From Lama glama (taxonomy: Eukaryota): a DNA stretch of 64,000 nt. Under the pieces are notes generated by a model. It made no database searches and had not been told where the DNA came from. It worked only from the letters and a program-made list of their open reading frames with translations. The stretch covers positions 96,226,001-96,290,000 of the forward strand of contig CM052817.1 in the NCBI GenBank assembly GCA_028534125.1, written 5' to 3'. A program made the translations under genes and the position numbers. Positions 11,980-26,069 of the stretch are shown piece after piece. Within the stretch, counting starts at the first letter, position 1; each line of letters opens with the position of its first letter.

Positions 11980-12967
11980 AAATAAAGCTACTCCTTCAGT
12001 GTAATGGATTAGGTTAGTTCATTGGCTAGTGAATGATGAAAATTTTCTGGGAAGTTTAAAATTCACATTGTACTTATGAATGTGTGCACATGATATGACT
12101 GGAACATAATGAGACTGAACAACTTTAAACTGGTCTAATTACTTTATAGGACTAATAAATCTCTATCTGTATTGACTCATTTTGATTTAATTTTATGCAA
12201 AAATCAATGTAACTAATTTTTTTTGTTTTTGTGTTTTTGTCATGTGTGTGTAGCCATAAAGCAATCAAATATTCACTGTTCTGGTTGTATGGCGGACATC
12301 AAAATATTAACAGTTCTAACCTTACACATTCTTCTGCAAAGTGGTTCTCATTTTCCTGGTTGTAGTTAAAATAGCAAAATTTAACACGCACCCAAATCTC
12401 TGAGCAAACAGAACTCACCACAGAGTCATTTTTTCCCTGAATGTCTACAATAAATAATTGATGAGCTCTATTATTACTATATGCGATAAATAGTTGGAAA
12501 AGCGCTTCTTGAAAAAGTAATACAAAAGGTAATATTTGATTTTTAGTGGCAAGAAGTTGAGATTTTTTCACATCAGAAATGGTCAGTAAATGGAATAATA
12601 ACTTCATGCAAAAACATTTTTGTACATTTGGAATATTCATAAAATAACCCCATGAATGGAATGTTTGTGTTAGCATCACTATTGGGCAAATTAAAATTTG
12701 TCTGGATGTTTTACAAAATTAACTAGAATGAGTTGGGAAATCATGTTCACAACCAAGGAGAGTTATATAAGATTAGGATTCATACTTGACTTGGAAAAAA
12801 TGTCTAGCTGCCTTGAAACACTGACTAGAATGAAGTATTGTGTCTAAATGCTGGTTTTCTATGATCTGTATGGAAATAAACACAGCAGCTCTGAGGATCA
12901 TTATTCCATGGTCTTTGATCTGTACTAAGCATTTAATAAAACTAGTCTTTAAGTGTCAAAAAAGATG

Positions 12968-13025
12968 GGAGAATTGTATGGTATATGAATTATATTTCAA
13001 TAAAGCTGTTATCTAAAAAAAAATA
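12968..13025 (+). mobile_element. L1 extreme 3' terminus
   Basis: gaattgtatggtatatgaattatatttcaataaagctgtt plus A-tail. Confidence 0.7.
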
Positions 13026-13546
13026 AAACCTTTAAAAAATTTATAAAATGTGAGCGGTAGTTTGTTCTTGCAAGTGTCCCTTAGCAGTGAAATCTCAGGT
13101 ATCACTAAAGTCACCTAGACAAGGGACAAAATGCTTAGAAAGACATACAGTTTCTGGCAGAGTGCTTGGTGTATATTAGGCTTTCATATATTTTTGAATA
13201 AAGAAATGGTTGAAAATTTGAGATGGGAAACACTTACGCAGCACACATAAAAACTAAGCTTCAAAAAAAAGAAAAAAGAAAAAAGAGAAAGAGGTAAGTT
13301 TCCAGGTAAGTCATGAGAATGTCATTGGATGTTTAGAGTCCATGGCTATAAACTGTGTCCTGGATATTTCAGTAACATCAGGAATATTTTTTTTATTTCA
13401 GGAACATCTTTTGAGAGACTATCAAATGCCCTAGAATGTTCTAGAGACAGGGGAATATGGTTCCTGCCCTTGAACAGTTTCACTGTCAACTTGGAGAGAC
13501 AAATCTATGCATTTGTATGTGGGATTAACTGTGTTAAGCACTGATA

Positions 13547-13606
13547 ACACATACAAATGGCCAACAGGTACATGAAAAAAAATACTCAATATTGCTAATT
13601 ATCAGG
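13547..13606 (+). mobile_element. Short L1 ORF2 fragment
   Basis: acatacaaatggccaacaggtacatgaaaaaa...ctcaatattgctaattatcagg. Confidence 0.7.
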
Positions 13607-13829
13607 TAAATTTAGTCTTAAAAGCCAGCCAAAAGGATATGGAGCCAAATCTAAGGAATACAATAATGATCTCAAAGCATCTACACAAATCTGAAAAATG
13701 GTAATATGCGTTGTGGGGAGACATCTTTGAACTATGAGCTGCATAAAACGTTCCGTGTGCTTATAGCGTCACAGGCTATATGCTCTATTCTCATGTTTCC
13801 TCCTCCTCCCCCCTAACCCAGGTCTTCAG

Positions 13830-14175
13830 CACAGACTGGGGGTCGCTGCTGTTAACCATCCAACTTTCTCCAAAAGTTTCTCCCTCTTTAGCATCTAGCA
13901 CGCTCAGCCAATCTCCATTCTCTCATTTTTCCTATATCTCTCATTTCCCCAGTACTTTACTGACATTGAGGTCTCTGCCCACCCAAAGCTGGCTGCTTCC
14001 AGAGTTCTGTCCAAGGCCTTCCTCTCCCCTCCATTAAATGCTTGTTATGGGCAACTTCATAGACTGCTATGGTGTGTCCTAACTCCTATGTACACATGCC
14101 CAGCGCATCTGTATTTCCAGCTGTTATTTTCACCCTGTACTTCACATCCGTATTTCCAACTGTCCGGACATAACC
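13830..14175 (+). mobile_element. L2 internal fragment
   Basis: Pyrimidine-rich L2-like sequence (ttccagagttctgtccaaggcc, catccgtatttccaactgtccggacat). Confidence 0.6.
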
Positions 14176-14224
14176 AGTATGCAAAGGAAGACAGTTTCCT
14201 CTAAGTGAAGTCATCTGATGATGA

Positions 14225-14615
14225 GACTGATGGCATTTTTAAATTACTCTTTAGGAAACTCCTTCATAGTGTTGTGGTTTAAAGCATTCCCAAGTAATTT
14301 AATGAATTTTGCTCCAAAATAGGATTACCCACAGAGATTATTTTCTATGTTTTCTAAACATGGCTGTAGATCCTTCTGGCTGTTCCCAAAGACAAAACCC
14401 ATCTCTCAAACAATGATGTGCTGCTCTAGGGGCTATTCAAAAGAATATGCCATAAGCTCAGAAAGTATTTCAAAGAAGTTTTTAAAGGAGGTAGTGGCAG
14501 GATTAGAGGTGTAAACTTGAATAATCTCCCAAGATTTGATGAGAACAACATTGACTTTCATAGATATGCTGTGGCATGTTTGTAAAAATAAATTAGATTG
14601 CTTTAAAATCTTTTT
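14225..14615 (+). mobile_element. MARNA-like mariner relic
   Basis: ttctggctgttcccaaagacaaaacccatctc ... tattcaaaagaatatgcc ... ggcatgtttgtaaaaataa resembles the recalled MARNA consensus. Confidence 0.65.
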
Positions 14616-14629
14616 GCTTAAACCATGTG

Positions 14630-14820
14630 TGCTATGGTGGATATTAGAAAGATCTAGGCTTGCATCCCAGCTTTGCCTCTTAGATGAATAGTACTAATCA
14701 CATCTGCACTCTTTCTCATTTTTGAAATGGCCGTAAGTTCTCATGAGATGAAAAACTGCATATGTGTGTAGTCTGGCACATAGTAGTGATTCAATAAATG
14801 ATGGCTGGTATTATTATTAC
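14630..14820 (+). mobile_element. MIR SINE
   Basis: catcccagctttgcc ... tctggcacatagtagtgattcaataaatg. Confidence 0.65.
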
Positions 14821-17793
14821 CTCTCAGAGAAATAAAAAGAAATCACACCCACAGCTCTCTACTTGTCTCCCACTAGTCAAGAAGAAAAATTCAGCTAAGC
14901 GTTACTTTTTGAAAAATCTTCCATTATGTAATGAATTAAACATCATAATTTGAATGCACACTGTGCAAGACAAACACAAAGCCCTGGTGTCTATTTTCTA
15001 GAGGGGCAGAGCCATAGAACTTTTTGTTTACTTGAGTATCAGGTACTATCAATGCATTCTTTTGTCCTTTCTTATTGGTAAAAGAATGCTCTACATACCA
15101 GAATTATTATATGTTATTACATATTGAATGGAATTTTACATTCCCAAAGGTGTGCGTGTTGCCTTTTATGATTCTGTTCTCACCTTCTCATAACAAAATT
15201 ATGAATAATCTTCTTCTACACTTAAACATCATTAAATTCTCCAGAAATACTATGAATTGTTTGAGGAATATTTCAAGTGGAGATATGGAGTAAAATACCA
15301 TAAAAGGTGCACTCATTACTTTAAATATGTGTTTTGTGTAACAACTAAAATGGTATTAAGAGAACTTGAGGGTATAAAAATATTAGTAAATAAAATAGTA
15401 TACTATTTAGAATTTTAAGTAGAGTTGGAGATTTCTAGGACTAGAAATGTTTTCTAAAATTGGTGTTAACTCGAAGATCTTTCTTGGACTGCAAGTTTAA
15501 AGAAAAATTGATGAAATAAGAAAAAAAGTAGAGACTTCTTTCATACTATTTTAAAACCTTAGGGAAAAATGATCATTTTTATTTAGCTAAAATGAATTCA
15601 CTGGAGCATACTTATGTTCATGTTTCTAAAAGCTGATCTATTTTTGATGGAAGCACATTTTGGATTAGGTTTGGCTAGCTGAGGACTGTTAAATCACAAC
15701 ATACACAAACAAAAAAGCAAGTTCAGTGAACAAGAAACACAAAACAGTATAAATAAAACTACTGCTGTGCGAGTTGAGTTGTTTTTCTCCCAGAGGAGCA
15801 ACAGATCTCCAAAACATCCAAAATTATCTGGAACTTGCTCTAACATTCGTGCTAGAGAAAAAGGATTTCTATTATAAATTATATGCTCCACTCAATGAAT
15901 GTACGGTGCTATAGCCAGCAAAGCTGTTAATAAAGCATCTGAAATAGAAAGTTTATGCTGCTGAAAGGCTTTACAACTTTAAAAGTTAGCAACAGATTTA
16001 GAAACCAGTCTTTCTTTGGAAGGGAAAGAATCAAATATTGTCTTACAGAAAAGCTACAGATTATTTGTATAAGTTAAAGGACAAGGTTAAAATGTTAGAC
16101 AAATATTAATTCCTGTTTTCTATATGCAGTGCACAGGTGCAACTTGAACAGCATATTATATGGTATAATCATTAAATTCATTCAACCAGACCTTAGAGAG
16201 TTAAAAACATATATTCTGAGGAACAGGACTCCTCGGTCCAAAGAATGAGAATGAAACAGCGCAGAATATTTGTGTATCAAGGTGATTCCAGTTTCCAACT
16301 GGGAAAACAGGACTGTTAACACCCACATCCCCTGACAACTGTCCAATTATGTATATCACACTTGGCCTACTGTTTGCAGTAGAAGTAATCAATAAAGGAT
16401 GTGGTTGAGTGAACATAGATTTTGGTTGAATCAATGCATGAAAACTTAATCATTTACTCAGAGAGAAGAAATCAAATAGAGCAGAGATGAAACAGCCACT
16501 AAGGGGTTTGTTGATTGTGCCACCAAGTTTGTGGGCCACAGATGAAAGTAATAAGGCAAATGGAATCAGTGACAGGAGAAAATGTAAAAAGCTATTCTTA
16601 ATTTCATGAATTAATAGAAATGTTTTGATGTATTTTGGGGGGGTCGTTTTTAGGAAATTTCGCATCAATCCTGGATGTTCCATTTTAAAGAATATATGAA
16701 AATTACTAGGGCATGTCATTTCTCTCAAGCAAGAAGAAATTAATTTTCAGCTATAACAGAAAGGTAATTTTCACAGTGGAAACTTTGTCCTGATTGATTT
16801 CAAGATCTCCACTGTGGAAAGTTTTCTAGGAAATAATTTAACCCGAGTTTGTAAGAAAATTTACAGTTGGTAAGGAACAAACCCACAGATGGGTTAGTTC
16901 TGACCAGTCTGTCTTCAACAACTCTCATTTTTGTGATTTTTTTCCCCCTAGATTCTTTTTAAAAGTCATCCTGTTTATTTGGAGAGTTGTAGCATTTCAG
17001 TAAATGAGCCCAAAAATGCCATGAAGAATATTGAGGATTTTTCCCCCCCTATATTTACTCAAATTGTTTATCTATGCAATAACAATATTTACTTGGTAGT
17101 TTCTCAACTCACTCTCTGTTTTATGGACCATAATTCTGGTTTTTATAGCTGTGTCACAGGCAATTGTTATCATTTTAGAATATCAACTCTTTTTTTTCTC
17201 CCACTAGTATTCCAAGTGTGGGGGTGGGGAAGATACAGTAAATGCTTATTTTCTGTTATGCTACTTAAACCCTTGTGCAATCAGTATTATTAAGACCAAT
17301 AGCAAAAAATACCCCAGCTCACTATTAAAACCTTCATCAAAAACCCTAATACCAGGACTGGGTCTACAATTACCAAGTGGGCAACTGTATTACCAAGTCC
17401 TGAGTCTTGAGCAAATGTGGTATGTTTTTCAATTGAAGGCTTAGTATAAATTCTTATAACCATTTTAGAAGCCTCCAGCCTTACAGCTTATTCACCTTTC
17501 ATGAATGCTCAGCTGATGGCCTTAGACACACACTTAGCCTAGACACGGCTATCCTCTTCCATTTTCTTTAAAGAGATAAAATATGTTTATAGAGATAGGG
17601 CTCCCATTAGTGAAACTTGTGGGATTGCACAGGGTAGGAGACAGAGATTTAGAGGTAAAGCTAAGCTTCATTCGCAGCCTGATTTATTTCTCAGTCACCA
17701 CCACCATAATTTCCTCTGTTTTGGCTGTGTTCCACTGTTTGCATGTCACTGCTTATCCGAGCAGTTAAGGACTATGAAATGGATATACATGTT

Positions 17794-17815
17794 TGTGTGT
17801 GTGTGTGTGTGTGTG
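17794..17815. repeat. (TG)11 microsatellite
   Basis: Direct reading. Confidence 0.95.
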
Positions 17816-18653
17816 CACGTGTGCATCAAAGAACACTAAGCCCTTGAAGCAAAATTTTCTAAAAATGACCACAAAATGTGTATCAAAGCACTTCTAGTGA
17901 TTAGTGGACTCAATTTAATAAGGCTTCTCAGATACCCAAGGTGCTGTTGTCTACCTGTATAGAATTTTTGTTTTTAAAGCATCTGTCTGTCTCTAAAGGT
18001 CTTTTGCACAAATGGTGAAAGACTATTCCGAGGTTTACACTGCCCCGAGTGCTCCTCTGTAACCACCAACAGTGCTGCAAAACGGCAGATTTGGAGTGGA
18101 AAGTTTGCGGTGGCCTCAGGACACTATTTCCTAATGACCTCAGAGTAAGCACTTCCTGTACTCTTGTGCATTACATAACATTATACAATTAAGAACCTAT
18201 ATCTACTGCACAAATCACTGATGGCTGCACTGGTATTTTAGCAGATGGGAATTCTTATAAGTGGAATTCACTTTCATTTGGTGTACAAGTGAGATGGGGT
18301 ATGTTTTCTTGCCCATTGTATGTCTGCGCCAAGGCAGGCTGCTAGAGTGTCGAGAGTGCTGGGCTGTAACCACCCCCATTCCTACCCGAAACATACCCTA
18401 CTTCATGATGCATCAAATACAGCTGGATCCTTTTCCACACCCCAACCCCAAATAGTACTTAAGCAGCCAAATGAGCACATTTTAATTGTTGTTGTTACCA
18501 ATATTTATCAGATAATTGTTCAGCCCTCCCCTTAGCTTTTAGTGTACAGATCAAGAACTCAAATCCTGGAGTGGAGACCAACATATTCCAGATGAGACAC
18601 CAGTTTAACAAGTGAGAATATCTGAAGATAAACTCAGGTCTCCAGAAGTTTCA

Positions 18654-18743
18654 AAAATGATTATAAAGACTATCAATAACCCAAAATAGTTATAAAGACT
18701 ATCAGTATATCAATTTCTAAAATAGTTATAAAGACTGTCAGTC
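18654..18743. repeat. Three imperfect tandem copies of aaaatagttataaagactatcag
   Basis: ttataaagact core at about 18661, 18690 and 18726. Confidence 0.85.
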
Positions 18744-19492
18744 CAACGCTTGTCCTGTGACACAGTAAGTGCTTAATATATGTTTATGAAAGAAAATATT
18801 TTTCTTTGAGGTTTTATGTCTTTAGTTATGTTGGGACACAATGTCATTTTGTAGAAATTATTTTATAAACATGTTAAGGGATGCACTTATTTCATTGTAC
18901 AGGTTTAGGCCAGGTCTGCTACTACAAAGCAAGACCAATAACCCAACCATTTTCTACTGATTCTAGGAAGGGTTAACAGCAGACTCAAGTAATTTAATAA
19001 TCAAAATGAGCCGGACGAAAAGGCACAAAGTGGGTATGTACAAACAGACATTAAATTGAATCCTTACATGTCTCTTTTTTGTCTTCAAATATGTTTCTTT
19101 CTGGTAGTTATTTGAAAAGTAAAAGTTTAAAGGATAGCTGGATTGATTGTCCATGGACTGGTTATCAATTTTTATTTGAAAGGACCACAACACTCATGGG
19201 TTGCTTGCTTTCCCATGGCTCGCCCTGCCTTCCTTGAGTAAATGTCCATACTCTCCTTATAAGTCTGTCTGTCCCTAACCATTCATCCAGCGAGGAATGC
19301 ACTGCATTTTTTTTTTGTAGGGCACCTTTCATTTCATTGGTGTTGGTATTTTAATATTTAATTAGTTATTTATATAATATTGAATGATGATTATATTGGT
19401 AATGGTAATTATGCATTGATGATCCACTTTCAATGCACGAGGCATTTTAAATCTTTTGAATAGCAATTTTACCTTTTAAAACATCACCTTGT

Positions 19493-19800
19493 TTTTTTAA
19501 TTTTTTCCTTTTTTTTTTGGAAGTATAGTCAGTTTATAATGTTGTGTCAATTTCTGGTGCACAGCATAGTGTTTCAGTCATACATAAACAAACATATATT
19601 CTTTTTCATATTCCTTTTCATTATAGGTTACTACAAGATGTTGAATATTGTTCCCTGTGCAACAGTATAAACTTGTTCATCTATTTTATATGTAGTAGTT
19701 AGTATATGCAAATCTCGAACTCCTAATTTATCCCTTCTCACCCTGTTGCCCCCCTGGTAACCATAAGTTTGTCTTTTCTAGGTCTGTGAGTCTGTTTCTG
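19493..19800 (-). mobile_element. Younger L1 3' UTR fragment with 16-bp TSD
   Basis: Poly(T) then reverse-complement L1 3' UTR; TSD taaaacatcaccttgt (19477-19492) and taaaacaccaccttgt (19801-19816). Confidence 0.92.
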
Positions 19801-20584
19801 TAAAACACCACCTTGTATGTGTTTACCACTGAAACACAAATGGGAAGAAATTAGAATTTGACACAATCTATACCTAATTATTATTACTACTACTAAAATT
19901 TTTTTTAAAGCTGTATCTTGGATATAACGTACCAAAAACCAAGGCCTTAACTTTAATAGCTTTTCTCATTCTGTCTTGCTTAAATATAATGCAGTGATTA
20001 AATGGAGTACACAATGACCACAATACAATGAGCAAGGGGCACATAATATATTTTCCATGGAAAAATTTCTATCAAAAGTTGTTCATGTATACTTTTGTTA
20101 AATCTTCTGTTTTAAAGGAAATTTTTTTTTTGCATCCACTGCTTATCCAGATATGCTTAAAGGAGAGATGTCTTAATAGAAGAAGCATGATTGAAGCATA
20201 AGATGGAAACTTTCTTCAAGGAAGAGATCTGGAAAGGTTACAGTGAGCCACAGTTACTGAAGCGTATGATACACCTCTGTGCTGTCGGCTCTTCAAACCT
20301 GTGAGATGTGACCTGATTTTTCCCTCGCATTCAAGGTCACCGCTAAACTTACCAAAAATCAAAAATAAAATAATACGAAAGAGGGATAGACAAAGAAGGG
20401 TTTAGGAGCTTATTTAAAAAGACTGCATTAGTTTAAAATAACTGATGATGAAAGGGTCACTTAAGAAGGGCACTGCTTAAAATTTAAGCAGGCGGTAATG
20501 GAAAGCGACAGACCTCAAACAATTTAAGTCTTTCACAGTTGAGTGAATTCCCAGTGACAGCAAGACAAGGATGTGCTAACTTAC

Positions 20585-20676
20585 CTCTGCAGGACCTTGG
20601 CCGTGGCTTCATAGCCTCTCCCCAGGCTGAGATCATCATCCAGGTCTGTAGAGATTTTAATGTAAGTGTTAAGGAC
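20585..20676 (-). CDS. TTC29: TTC29 internal exon, 92 nt, phase 0 to 2: VLNTYIKISTDLDDDLSLGRGYEATAKVLQ(S); not in the ORF track
   Basis: Read by hand on the minus strand: acceptor cttcttccccgtag|GTC, donor CAGAG|gtaagt; bridges the phases of the flanking exons exactly. Confidence 0.95.
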
Positions 20677-22800
20677 CTACGGGGAAGAAGAATATGGATG
20701 AAACCTATACATGACCAGATTCACGGATGTTCCATTTCATAACAGAAAAAATTAAAATTAATAGTTGTTTTTAACGTTCCCATAAAATTTTTTTTGTTTA
20801 TTAAAAATTCATGTTGGTTTGGTTTATTTTTATCTATAGTCTAACTTGTTTCATAGCAATCTCTTTGAGCCATGACAGTGAAGTCTCCCTCTTGTAAAAA
20901 TAATTCTTTTCCTGCACAATCCAAAATCTTCCAATTGATATAGCTTAGGTGTGAATAAATAATTGAAGGTTTACAACATTATCTTAAAATATGGGACTAT
21001 TATCTTAGGTAATATAAGGCAGATTATAGTAGCCTACTATGGTAGCTTAAATATCACTTTTCTTTCTATAAATAGCTGTTTGAAAAGCATGAATTTCAGT
21101 GCCAGGCAATTTCTAAATCTATCATTTTATTAGACACATATCTCACAGTTGGTACATGTATTCAGTATACACTAAAAATATTTCTTACAAATGTACTTCA
21201 TTACCAACAATCTCTTCAATAATCAAAAGATTACAGCTGCCACAGCCAAACGTATGATCTTAATTTAGCACTGCCATCATCTGCATGGGATAATTTTCCT
21301 TTTTATTTTTTTTCCCTTTCAAGGACCAGAAGAAGGAAAATATGTAAAATAAAATGCCCTTCCTCCTTCCTCCTCCTTCATTGTTACTTGACCCAACCTA
21401 TTACACACATGAAGACACAGGAAATCTCCAAAGACCTCTATGGAAATCCTTTTTGCACATTTTCTAAGGAAGAATTAGTGAAAGGCATTTGACAGCATTG
21501 GAAAGAGTCAGCGTGAGGGAGACATCCATATGTGATGGGGGCCTGAACTGGGCATCTTAGAAAGTTTGCATATTAGAGGCAGTGTTGATATTCATCTTTA
21601 CTTTCTTGAAGTTAATATTTGGGAAATAAATTCAATGAGGCCACTGTGATACCTCATAATTCGTTGATGTGTCTGTGGGGTTTATAAGTGACGGCTTGAC
21701 ATAATACTGATATCAAAACTTAACTGATACATATTGACCCAGTGTTTCAATTCCCAATTAAATCTGCAAAGTTCAAATTTTTGACTCTTATTTTTAAGCC
21801 TCTTACTAAGCCCTGTATAAACCTGAGAATATTCTTTTTTTCACTCTGTCGTGCATAACTGACAACATCTAGATTAAGTCTGATATGACTTGACATAGAG
21901 CTTTCTGAGTTAAGGGGCAGAACCCTTGAGTTTTGTGAATATAAATTCAGAGACTAAATATGAGACCTTATTAAATCCAAATATCAAAATATTGAAGAAG
22001 TACCTTTCTAGTGTCTTTTTTTGGTTCGTATGTATTTTATATGACATTCTAGAAATTCAAAGATTAAATTTTAACTTTTTAAAGTAACAAATGTACTTTT
22101 AAAGATTGAGTATTACATTTTGTGTCAAAAATAGTTCATTTATTCAGCAAATGCTGTTACTGTATGCCAGAGCTGTGTTAGACCCTAGGAAATCTTAAAA
22201 GAGAAGAGAGCATGCTTATAGCCTTCAAGGCATTTACAGGCTAGCAGTACAGAGGTTTGTACGGATGCAGTGGTGTGAATTAGCAATGACTAAAGATAGT
22301 TTCTCCAGGGCTTAAACTCTGCTTATCCTGCATCAGTCTCCCACCCACTGGCCATGGTGGACCCAGAAGCAGTACACAACATTCTGCAGCACCCAAAATT
22401 ATCTTAAGGGTAGGACTCTTTGGCCCACGATTAGGAGAGCAGGTGCCTGAGAAATCACAGATAAGTACTTCAGAGTTGATGCATCCTATTCTGCACACAT
22501 GGGCAGCGCTTCCAGGACTCAACACATCTGGTGCAGGAAACCTCCCCGAGTGGCTAAAGGAAACCTCTCTCTGAGAGCTGTTGTGAGATTTCTGTGAGAT
22601 TATCAGAGTGGTATTAAACCTGGGACAAGAATTCTCTGGGACTCTGTAAACCAGCCATTAGCGGACAGCTTCTGGAGAGTTCTCTCAGAGTAAAGACAAC
22701 ACATTTTATTTGTGGCTTGAGGGAGTTCCTCTCTCAGCTTAAATACTTTACCTAAAAAGAATATAGTTCATTACTGGCCCAATAAGGAAATAATCAATTA

Positions 22801-23638
22801 TGGTGGACCCCCCCTTAGCCATAGGGGCTACGTGTCCCGACCCCCAGTGGATACCTGAAATCTTAGACAGTACTGAATCTTTTATAAACCATGTTTTCTT
22901 CTGTACATATATACCTATGATAAAGTTTAATTTATAAGTTAGGTACAGTAAGAGGTTAACAACCATAACTGATAATAACATAGAACAATTATGACAATAT
23001 ACTGTAATAAAAGTTATGTAAATGTGGTCTCTCTCTCAAAACATCTTACAAATTTAATGTGTTTTGCATCTTAACTATGTACTTATCACACACTGTGGCT
23101 GTAACTTTTGCAGTTTGAGATGTGACAGCAAAATTAGCAGGAGATTCTTTTTCCTTCTTCACATTTTCACAGATAGAAGATTCGTTCTTACTGCAGATCT
23201 TGGCAACTTCAGCATACAATTTTTTTCTTTCCTTATTGAATTAAGAACTTCTACCTTTTAAAGGAAGCACTTTAGGCTTCTCTTTAGTATATCTGAATTG
23301 CCAGCAACACTCATTTTGCACTTCGGGCCATTATTAAATAAAATAATGGTACCCTGAACACAAGCCCATGAGACCGAAACAATAACCCAGTAACTTAGAT
23401 AGTTACTAAGTGACTAATGGCCAAGATATGCCGGGCAAGGGGATGGTTCACATCTCGGATGGAGGGGATGGAACGGAAGGAAGACACAAGATTTTGTCAC
23501 ACTACTCAGAATGCTGTGCAATTTAAAACTTATGAATTATTTAGATCTGGAAATTTCCATTTTATATTTTCTGACCTCGGTTGACTGTGGGTAACTGAAA
23601 CTTCAGGAAGCTAAACCATGAGTAAGAAGGGCCTACTG
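22801..23638 (-). mobile_element. MER44/Tigger7-family non-autonomous DNA transposon (~840 bp)
   Basis: Degenerate TIRs (tggtggacccccccttagcc / gagtaagaagggcctactg), TA at the left end; internal cccccagtggatacctgaaa and ggttgactgtgggtaactgaaac motifs. Confidence 0.85.
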
Positions 23639-23897
23639 TTCATGAAACCCACCCTGAGGACCATGAAAGTGCTGTAGAGGAGCCCGCCTAGATCAAAGAC
23701 AGGGCCTTTGCTCCTCAGGAATGTGAGCGCTGGTGGGGGAGTCAACTCAGGTGAAATCGTAAGGAGAATACAAGGCAAAACTCAGTAGATTGGTAATTGT
23801 ATAGTTCAAACTAAGAGGACAGAAAGGACATTGTTAAACAGGAAAAAAAATAAAAGTGGAAAAATAATACGAGATTACTAATCGTGTAGAAAATAAC

Positions 23898-24532
23898 TGT
23901 TGGTCAGAATGTAAATTTGTGCAATCACTATGGAAAACAGTACAAAGTTTCCTTAAAAAACTAAAAATAGAGCTGCCATATAATCCAGCAATCCCACTCC
24001 TGGACATTTATCTGGAGAAAACGCTAATTCAAAAACATACTTGCATCACAATATTCACAGAAGCACTATTTACAATAGTCAGGATATGGAAGCAACCTGA
24101 GTCCATCAACAGATGAGTCGATAAATATGTGGTGTATATACAATGGAATATTACTCACCTGTAAAAAAGAATGAAACATTGCCATCTGCCGCAACATTTT
24201 GAAGTAAGTCAGACAGAGAAAGTGATATGATATCACTAATATATGGTATCTAAAAATTAACACAAATGAATCTATATACAAAACAGAAACAGACTCAGAG
24301 GCATAGAAAACAAACTGAGGGTCATCAAAAGGGAAGAAGTGGGGGATGGATAAATTTGGGGTATTATATATAAAATAGATAAGCAACAAATATTTACTGT
24401 ATAACACAAGGAGCAATATTCAATATCTTGCAATAACCTATAATGGAAAATAATCTGAAAAAAAATATGTAACTGAATTATTTTGCTGTATACCTAAAAC
24501 TAATACAATATTCTATACTTCAATTTTAAAAA
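23898..24532 (+). mobile_element. 5'-truncated L1 (ORF2 C-terminus plus 3' UTR)
   Basis: ORF 23919..24116 (WKTV...[20 protein letters not shown]) is the L1 ORF2 C-terminal motif; ends tatacttcaattttaaaaa. Confidence 0.93.
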
Positions 24533-25534
24533 GCATGAATATTAAATATCTCTAAAAAACCCTAAATTCTGTAGAAAATTAAGATGTTTTATATTGATCT
24601 TATGGTAAGTTACTTTACCTGCTTTTTAATTAAGGTATAATTTATAAATTATTAAATAGTGATCAACTTGAATCATTAGATAAATAGTGGAATCCTCTTT
24701 ACAAAGAATACTTTAAGTGGGAAAATACAGTGTGGAAATCTGAGGAATCCATACTACGTGACTAAATATCCCTGTGGCATGCAATATGTCAGAAACAAAT
24801 CCAAGGTCTGGAAGGTTAAATTCTATTATTGCAAATCAAAGGTAGGAGAGAAAAAATAATCTCAGGTGCAAGATATTTTGATGAGTAGAAAATTCAGTGT
24901 ATATCCTTAAATTTTATGAACAATGAACTTAACTTTTGTCAAAAGACAAGAAAAACACTGATCAAGCATGTTACTATGTAGATTTCAATGAACATGATTA
25001 CATGATTACCAAAGTTGGAAAACTCAGTTCCTGTACCTAATAAAAATTGAATGCTATGTAGCCACTTGATCACGTTGTTCCAATAATTTCAGTGAATAAT
25101 GGAGATGAAGTTTTGAAAGCTATTTTCCTAGAAACTTTAAAGGCATGGACTTTATCGTCCCACTAGAATAAAACTGATTTACTTGAAAAGATATTTCCCA
25201 ATAAAATCCAAGTTCTTAAAATGAGATAATTTCCATTGGTTACCTAAAAGCAAAACCAGCAGAATACCTAGCATTAAAAAAAATGAGAGTGTGCAAAAGA
25301 ATAATTCTGGCAATATGCTACAAGTTCTTTAAAGAATTGTTTGCTATAAAGTCAAATTTTAAGAATCATTCATTTATTTTGTTGCAATAGCTTTCAAGGG
25401 AGCATTGGATTTAAGTCAAGATTGTCACCTGTCAACAAAGTGAATGGTATATACATATATATGTATATATAGTGTGTTTATATAGATAGGTATACACTAA
25501 CACTAGTACATATCTATATCTATATAGAGAGATT

Positions 25535-25642
25535 GTATGAAAACAAAAATATGTATAGATATGCACGACTGGGACATTGTGCTGTACACCAGAAATCAAC
25601 ACATTGTAACTGACTATACTTCAATTTAAAAAAATAAATAAA
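25535..25642 (+). mobile_element. Younger L1 3' terminus
   Basis: gactgggacattgtgctgtacaccagaaatcaacacattgtaactgactatacttcaatt plus A-tail. Confidence 0.85.
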
Positions 25643-26069
25643 TTCTGTGCTTGAGCTTTGGCACCTTTAAGGCAGGACACTATGAAGCCATTATTACATC
25701 TAACAATAGTAGACAACAATTGCTTTCTCTCTTTTACATCTTTAGGATTTCCAGTTGTGAGGGTACCTTGGAACGAAAGAAAATAAACTCTTGGATACTG
25801 ATCCCATTCTTCTCTTCCTCTGTTTTCCCATTCCTTACCCCACTGCAATCCCTGTCTTACGGTCTCTTTATTTCAGACAGTGTTAAAACAGAAGAAATTC
25901 TAGAAATCATGGTTTTTATAACTGCTTTCAAAACTGAAACTTACTTTAACCACTGTGATGATTATCACTCCTGGACTGATTTTCCAAAATTAGATGGATT
26001 CTCTCCCCACCCCTCTGTCCGCCCAATCATTGTAAGGAAACACTGTCCCAGTTCATTTGTTTTAAGCCC

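Noticed and set aside
18654..18743. Repeat-spacer pattern resembling a CRISPR array
   Set aside because: Only three degenerate units with very short spacers, no cas genes, mammalian intron.
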